DNA from: Thermoprotei archaeon
GTDB taxonomy: Archaea; Thermoproteota; Thermoprotei; Thermoproteales; B15-G16
DNA: 64,000 nucleotides
NCBI GenBank assembly: GCA_003649205.1
Contig: QMRC01000008.1
Span: forward strand, 1 to 64,000
Direction of reading: 5' to 3'
The notes below the pieces were generated by a model. It made no database searches, was not told the DNA's origin, and worked only from the letters and a program-made list of their open reading frames with translations. Every line of letters begins with the position of its first letter. The first letter of the stretch is position 1. Position numbers and translations under genes: made by a program. Shown piece after piece: positions 58,736-64,000 of this stretch.

Positions 58736-59053
58736 TTGCTGTTAGCTATGAGGTGTAGTGGTGAGAGTGCGTATGAGTTGGCTAGGAGGTTGCTGTTGAG
58801 ATCTCTCCTAGTGTTGAAGCAAGGTACGAGGAGTTCAGGGTTCTGGATAACACCGCATAAGGTAGCGAAGATCAATAAGGTGAGTGGTAGAGCAATCGGT
58901 AGATTCATACACATGTTACTGAGTGAACTTGAGAAGGAAGGACTAGTTCAAGGAATGAACACTGGTAGTAGAAGGTACTCAAAGAAGTACTACGTCAAGC
59001 TAGATAACGTAGATAAGTGCATTGAGTACTTGAGAAGAACTAAGTACCTCTAA
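58736..59053 (+). CDS. Winged-helix DNA-binding protein ending KYL
   Basis: ITPHKVAK...IGR....LSELEKEGLV......KKYYV. Confidence 0.7.
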   Translation: MLLAMRCSGESAYELARRLLLRSLLVLKQGTRSSGFWITPHKVAKINKVSGRAIGRFIHMLLSELEKEGLVQGMNTGSRRYSKKYYVKLDNVDKCIEYLRRTKYL

Positions 59054-59099
59054 TCCTCTTTTTCCTTGCTACCTACCTTACTTTACAATACTTATTTAG

Positions 59100-59729
59100 T
59101 TGTTTCTGTGTTGTTTAGTATTGATGTCGGTCTGCATAATTCTCGACACATCTACTCTCACTTACATGCATGAGAGTTGGTTACACGGTGTTAGGTCTGC
59201 GGTACACCATGCTAGGGAGTCTGTAACTCATCCGAGAACTCAAGAGGCTCTTGCTAGGAGGAGGGTTGCTGAGTACTTGAGTAGGGTTCTCGGTGACTAC
59301 TGTCTCTACGGTGCTACTTGCTACGTGACGAAGTCTATCAAGGATGAGGTTGAGGCACTTGCTGGTGAGTACAGAGATCTCTACGAGGCAATTAAGGACT
59401 TCCTAGATAAGGCTAGGGTAGGTGAGGTGAGTGCTGTTGCTACTAGAGAATTCGAGTTCGTTAAGTCTGTTGCAGAGAGGAGAGGGTACAGAGTTGTTGA
59501 GTCTCCTGAACTTGAGTGGAGGTTGAAGAGGAGAGGTATACGTGCTCTAACGTACGGTGATATCGAGGCTATTGCAACAGCACTATCACGTGGTTGTACA
59601 CTCGTAACTGGTGACAAGGATGTGTACCAGCTAGCTAGGGAAGTAGGTGCTAAGGTACTGTACCTATACGAGGACTACGTACAGGAACCAATCAAGAGAG
59701 TAGCTAAGAGAGTACTACCTCGGAGGTAG
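59100..59729 (+). CDS. PIN-domain nuclease (likely start ATG 59124)
   Basis: IILDTSTL, DEV, TYGDIEAIA.A....LVTGDKDV. Confidence 0.8.
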   Translation: MFLCCLVLMSVCIILDTSTLTYMHESWLHGVRSAVHHARESVTHPRTQEALARRRVAEYLSRVLGDYCLYGATCYVTKSIKDEVEALAGEYRDLYEAIKDFLDKARVGEVSAVATREFEFVKSVAERRGYRVVESPELEWRLKRRGIRALTYGDIEAIATALSRGCTLVTGDKDVYQLAREVGAKVLYLYEDYVQEPIKRVAKRVLPRR

Positions 59730-59738
59730 CACCTAGAA

Positions 59739-61103
59739 ATGAGTGAAGCAAAGCAAGTCTCTAAGATACTTAGTGAGGAACAGCTAGCAGAACTGAGGTC
59801 TCTAGTTGAGAAGCTATTTGAGATTGAGGCTAGAGGTAGAGACATAGCATCTAGATCAGACGTACTCGATACAGTGAAGGAAGCGGAGGAGTACTTCGAT
59901 AGAGCTAATACAGATCTAACAGATCTCTTCTACCTACTATCACTCATTAGAGCTAGGTTACCTCCTGATATCAGTGAGAAGATTAAGCTAACTATAGTGC
60001 TATCTGAGATTGCTAGAAATAGTGAGGAAGCACTAGAGGATCTTGAGAGAGCTAAAGAAACAATCGCTACTACACTGGCTGAAATTCATAGAGCTAGCTG
60101 GAATAAATTTGTTGAGGGGAAGCACGAAGCATCTAAGGTACTTGACGAGCTGTACAATAGGCTTAGGGAGATTGCAGATAAGTACATACTGAAGCACAGA
60201 GCTAGGGAAGTCACTGAAGAGAGTATTAGGAAGGGTATTGAGGAGTTGAGTAAGTTATTTAGTGAGTACTGTGAATCAAAGGAGTTCGAGAAATTAGTTG
60301 GTTCATCCACTGCTATGAGCATATGTGGTAACTTGTCAATAGCTCAGCTAGGGTTGTCGTACTCTGTTGAGAGCTTCGATATGGTGAGTAAAGGTCTCGA
60401 TGTACTGGATGACCTCTGTAAGGAGGTATTCGGTAGTAGATGTACGTGGTTGCGAGGTGTGAAGACTCCATACACATTGTCGGCTCTAGTCAATGACTTC
60501 TCAGCTAGTGTACACAGATTAGCAGAGTCTCTTCGTGAGGACTTAATGAAGTTAGGTGAAGTTCGTGGAATGTGGGTAGGTAGAATCTTCGTGATGGAGA
60601 ACACAGACGAGAGATTAATCGAGTTCGCTAAGGTGTTGTCTAAGGCTTGGGAGTACGGTGATAAGTCACTGATCTACGCTCCTGAAGATGCTGAAGCTCT
60701 TGGAGGTATATGCTACGACAATAAGTGTGAACTCCGTGTTGGCTCTGCTGAGGGGCATAGAACACATGTAACTCTTCGAGATTCCGAGGTTAAGGTAGAG
60801 TACTACGATACTGATGACGATGTGAATCAGGTGATGAAGAAGCTACTTGAGGAATTTGGTGCGTGTAGTTGCAGTATAGAGTTTGAAACTGGTGTATTCT
60901 GTACATGCCCAGCAGATAGGTTGAGAGATGTAGCACCTGTACTATCGCTAGCAACATCGATGGACTACAGAATCTTCGATAAAGCGAAGTGGGGAACATA
61001 CCTCAACCTTGTGGAGGAGTGTAGAGAGAAGGTGAGGAACGATATCGAGTGGGAAGTCTGCATCTCAGAGAAGTACATTGAGGAGCTTAGGAAACACATC
61101 TAG
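59739..61103 (+). CDS. Helical hypothetical protein with a Cys-containing C-terminal domain
   Basis: 454-aa ORF, ends RKHI. Confidence 0.75.
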   Translation: MSEAKQVSKILSEEQLAELRSLVEKLFEIEARGRDIASRSDVLDTVKEAEEYFDRANTDLTDLFYLLSLIRARLPPDISEKIKLTIVLSEIARNSEEALEDLERAKETIATTLAEIHRASWNKFVEGKHEASKVLDELYNRLREIADKYILKHRAREVTEESIRKGIEELSKLFSEYCESKEFEKLVGSSTAMSICGNLSIAQLGLSYSVESFDMVSKGLDVLDDLCKEVFGSRCTWLRGVKTPYTLSALVNDFSASVHRLAESLREDLMKLGEVRGMWVGRIFVMENTDERLIEFAKVLSKAWEYGDKSLIYAPEDAEALGGICYDNKCELRVGSAEGHRTHVTLRDSEVKVEYYDTDDDVNQVMKKLLEEFGACSCSIEFETGVFCTCPADRLRDVAPVLSLATSMDYRIFDKAKWGTYLNLVEECREKVRNDIEWEVCISEKYIEELRKHI

Positions 61104-61924
61104 CTAATTACCTTGTTTATGTTGTCTATTATCCTATGTATGCTCTTCGGTGCCTTTGGGAACTTCATGTAGAATCCCTCACGTTCTAAGTACTCTCGAA
61201 GCAACTTAGCTATCTGTTTCTTCGGGACATTGACTTCTAGGTATGGCTTCACAAATTTCTTCAACCACTCTCTAGCCTTCTCGATATCCTCCTTGGTTAA
61301 CTGCTTAAAGTCTAGCTTACCACTTAGGTGTAGTGCTAGGTAGTCGATTAGTGATGGTCTGTGATAGAGCTTACCCTCGCCCCTCAATCTGTCGAGAGCT
61401 AGCTTCGTTCTGTACACAACCTCCTCCCTATATGCCTCAGCCTGAGCACCAGCTAGGCTAAATGCTATTTCTCCTACAACATCTAGGAGTGAGCAGAATA
61501 TGTCTACTAGTGCCTTGGTCAGTGACTTAGCTACGGGATTGTCTTCAGGTATCTTAATCTGTTCAAGTAGCTTAGACTTCAGCTCTGCTATGCTGGGTAT
61601 GGGATTGTTCACAAACACTACATCAAAGCCTTCACGAAGAAGCCACTTGTAGACTTCCTTCAAGTGCTCATACCTTCTAGAAAGTCTAGCTACATCGAGC
61701 ATCACTATCTTCCTTATCTTGTTCATTCTACAGAACTCAATCATTTGCTTGAAGACAGGTCTCTCGAGAGGATTCTCAGCACCAGTTATGGTCTCAGTGA
61801 AGAAGAGTGGCATGAATCCTCTCTCCCTACACCACTTCTCCAGAACAATTCTCTGATTTTCTGGATTTTCATCTGGTTGAGATATCCTTATGTAGCACGC
61901 TACGATTTCACTCATGTAGCTCAC
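61100..61924 (-). CDS. Serine recombinase (resolvase/invertase family)
   Basis: ACYIRIS (catalytic Ser), ENQ, ETITG, RPVF, DVARLSR. Confidence 0.9.
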   Translation of the reverse strand: MSYMSEIVACYIRISQPDENPENQRIVLEKWCRERGFMPLFFTETITGAENPLERPVFKQMIEFCRMNKIRKIVMLDVARLSRRYEHLKEVYKWLLREGFDVVFVNNPIPSIAELKSKLLEQIKIPEDNPVAKSLTKALVDIFCSLLDVVGEIAFSLAGAQAEAYREEVVYRTKLALDRLRGEGKLYHRPSLIDYLALHLSGKLDFKQLTKEDIEKAREWLKKFVKPYLEVNVPKKQIAKLLREYLEREGFYMKFPKAPKSIHRIIDNINKVIS

Positions 61925-61944
61925 CTCTACATGAATGAAAACTA

Positions 61945-62052
61945 GCGAAAGGGGGAGTAAAACGTTACCCCTCTACCACGTTTCACGAAAGGGGTTACGG
62001 AACGAAAAACAGCCACGAATCACGACACCATTCCGAAAGCCCCCCCTTTCGC
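61945..62052. repeat. Nested inverted/direct repeats upstream of the recombinase (candidate res/att site)
   Basis: GCGAAAGGGGG (61945-61955) inverted at 62042-62052; CGAAAGGGG again at 61986; CGTTACCCCT/AGGGGTTACG inner inverted pair. Confidence 0.55.
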
Positions 62053-62150
62053 AACATGTGTGGGGGTGTTTTGTGAGAATACGGTTGTACTAGGTAAGTG
62101 CTTATAAATCCTAGCAGTATAAATAACTAATCCGTAGGGGTGATCACTTA

Positions 62151-62354
62151 ATGAGTAAGTCTGAGGAAATCGACATTAACAAAATCAGAACATTAATGCT
62201 TAAAGCGGGCTTTATCTTTGCTGGTAGGATGACAGTTATTAGAGGTTCTGGAGGTAGATACTTCGTTTACCTACCTAGAAAGCTTGAACCTATACTAGAG
62301 CTTCTAGTGGGGAGAAAAGTTGAGGTATGGATTAGACCAATCGAGAAGAGCTAG
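62151..62354 (+). CDS. Small AbrB/SpoVT-like DNA-binding protein
   Basis: G.GGRYFVYLPR......L.GRKVEV.I. Confidence 0.6.
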   Translation: MSKSEEIDINKIRTLMLKAGFIFAGRMTVIRGSGGRYFVYLPRKLEPILELLVGRKVEVWIRPIEKS

Positions 62355-62568
62355 TTAACTCTCAATACTATTTCATGAAGTAGGGGGCGGAGCGAGGTGG
62401 GGGGTAGGAGGTGAGAGTAGGTGTCTATAGAAGATGATTACTACAGAGTTTATAAGGAGTTACATCATACCTGTCAAAGTAGGGCTTTCTGAAGGTATTA
62501 AAAACAAAGGTTTTTCTAATATCTAATGAAGAGTAGTATATGAGGACATGTAATTATGTGGTGTCTAC

Positions 62569-62769
62569 ATGAGTGAGGTACCTATTCCAAAGAAGAGGTT
62601 TTACTGTACTAACTGTGGTAGAGTAATTGAGGTGCCATTTGGTGCACCTAAACCACATCAATGTCCTTACTGCGGTGCTCACCACACAATGATACATAGA
62701 TTAGATAGAGGAGGATTTGGAAGAGGCTGGAGAGGAGGTAGAAACATTAACTTACAAAAAACAACGTAG
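62569..62769 (+). CDS. Zinc-ribbon protein with an RGG tail
   Basis: CTNCG...CPYCG...RGGFGRGWRGGR. Confidence 0.7.
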   Translation: MSEVPIPKKRFYCTNCGRVIEVPFGAPKPHQCPYCGAHHTMIHRLDRGGFGRGWRGGRNINLQKTT

Positions 62770-62778
62770 ATTAGAAGG

Positions 62779-63048
62779 TTATACTCTCCTGAGCTTAATT
62801 ATGTAGTCTACTCCTAGTTCTTTTCCTGATGCAATATCTTCAATAATTAAGTTTTTGAATTCTTTCTCAAGTTCCTTAAGTAGTTTATTCATATCTATAT
62901 CTTTCGTAGCTACAAGTATAACTATGTCATACCTCTTGAACATTTTCTTTAATTCCGTGTAGCATGCGTCAGTATTCTCACTACAGTACACCAGATTAAA
63001 CCACGATTCAGCCATTCGATCACCAAGTGCTATAGTGTGGGGATTCAT
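62779..63048 (-). CDS. Hypothetical protein
   Basis: 89-aa AT-rich ORF. Confidence 0.5.
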   Translation of the reverse strand: MNPHTIALGDRMAESWFNLVYCSENTDACYTELKKMFKRYDIVILVATKDIDMNKLLKELEKEFKNLIIEDIASGKELGVDYIIKLRRV

Positions 63049-63141
63049 TTATACGAGTTCTCTAATTATATGAGACACTACTTAACATGGAGATAATGTA
63101 ACTACTTATAAACTTGTTCTTCACTTACATTAATGTAGGTG

Positions 63142-64000
63142 ATGTGTATGGGCACTAGAGTATATGTGGAATGTATTGAAGGAGAAGAAGGAAGAGAACT
63201 AGAACTCAAGTACATACCAGTGAGGTATCTGTGTAAAGCTAGGAAGTACTATCTAAAACTACCGTTTGAAGAAGTAAAAGAGGTTTTGAAGGTAGATGAG
63301 TCGTTAGCTGTGTTAAATAAGTCATTAGGTGGATTAAGTGAGGAGCAATATGATGTGCTAAATGTGATAAAGTACAGAAGCTATGTAGAGCCTGTTTTTC
63401 TAGGGATTAGAGCTAGTAAGTTAAGTGAGAAAGAAAACTATGTTGAAGTTGAAGAGCCATTGAAGATTGTATATAAGGGTCAAGTACGTAAAGCACCTAC
63501 AGGATGGTATGGTTTACTTCATGTAGCCGAAGACTTCTATGTAGTAACTACATTACCTGTTGATATAGCTTTAAAACATGCATGTATATCAATTCTAGAA
63601 GCAACAGGATTTTGGAGTAGGGAAAGAGAAGAGATGATACTTGAAGCAGTTTCACCAATACCTCTCATTCTAGAGCTTTTAGATCTAGGTATTAGTAGAA
63701 TTACTATTAAAAGATATGTAGAATGGTATCCTCTCAACGTTATGTTTCTTAAGTACAAGAAAACATATAGGAGGTATGTTGTAACGAATGATTCTGACTG
63801 TAAAGTAGCTACGGAATTGAGACGGAATATAGTTGATTTCTTTGATGAGGCAGTCGTAGTAAAGAGAAGACATGACGTAGCTTCAGCTCATGTAGTTGAT
63901 ATGTACCTTGAACAACCTTGTACATTGTTGAGAACAGCAGACAGCGTTAAGGTAGAGATTCTTGAAGGTATTGATCTTGGAACTTCAATCCTCATTGAGG
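63142..64000 (+). CDS. Hypothetical protein, partial (runs off the window end)
   Basis: Missing from the ORF track; open frame from ATG 63142/63148 (MGTRVYVECIEGEEG...) to the end; GGTGA RBS. Confidence 0.7.
   Translation, partial: MCMGTRVYVECIEGEEGRELELKYIPVRYLCKARKYYLKLPFEEVKEVLKVDESLAVLNKSLGGLSEEQYDVLNVIKYRSYVEPVFLGIRASKLSEKENYVEVEEPLKIVYKGQVRKAPTGWYGLLHVAEDFYVVTTLPVDIALKHACISILEATGFWSREREEMILEAVSPIPLILELLDLGISRITIKRYVEWYPLNVMFLKYKKTYRRYVVTNDSDCKVATELRRNIVDFFDEAVVVKRRHDVASAHVVDMYLEQPCTLLRTADSVKVEILEGIDLGTSILIE

Larger units (their letters stand above)
1..64000. mobile_element. Segment of an archaeal virus or virus-like element genome
   Basis: No host housekeeping genes recognised in 64 kb; own PolB, primase, helicase, RNR, Hjc-like and Cas4-like genes; many orphan ORFs; archaeal-style RBS and TATA-like boxes. 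No capsid, terminase or packaging ATPase recognised. Confidence 0.85.

Noticed and set aside
4303-59053. K/R-Y-hydrophobic termini as a DNA-level artefact (GTAC site or terminator)
   Set aside because: Underlying codons and stop codons vary widely, including copies without GTAC, and the motif is concentrated in membrane proteins
61100-61924. IS607-family transposon
   Set aside because: Catalytic domain is N-terminal with no leading HTH, and there is no tnpB
62381-62415. G-rich tract (possible G-quadruplex)
   Set aside because: Only two long G runs, single occurrence, no supporting context

Overview
The whole window reads as part of a large dsDNA virus (or virus-like extrachromosomal element) of a thermophilic archaeon, probably Thermoproteota. 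It is gene-dense, uses GGTGA/GAGG ribosome-binding sites and TATA-like promoters, and I see no housekeeping, rRNA or tRNA genes. The left part (1-43 kb) is a membrane/surface module: duplicated giant NxS/T-rich membrane-anchored proteins, many small membrane proteins, a GT4 glycosyltransferase with a sulfotransferase, a subtilisin, a CPBP intramembrane protease, a pilin-like protein and an Hjc-like resolvase. The right part (43-64 kb) is a replication/recombination module: PolB, primase, SF2 helicase, RadA-like ATPase, Cas4-like nuclease, class III ribonucleotide reductase, PIN nuclease and serine recombinase. Two signals stand out. (1) A stand-alone Cas7-group RAMP gene (54888-55514) has no cas operon or CRISPR array in the window, but is followed by non-coding units that start with a conserved GAGGG-stem-loop-GATGA motif (2 units next to it, 2 more after nrdD). 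This is a candidate viral RNA-guided system. (2) 14 of about 77 proteins, mostly membrane proteins, end exactly in [K/R]-Y-[I/L/V]-stop, a candidate C-terminal sorting signal. All family calls come from motif recognition by eye; no searches were run.
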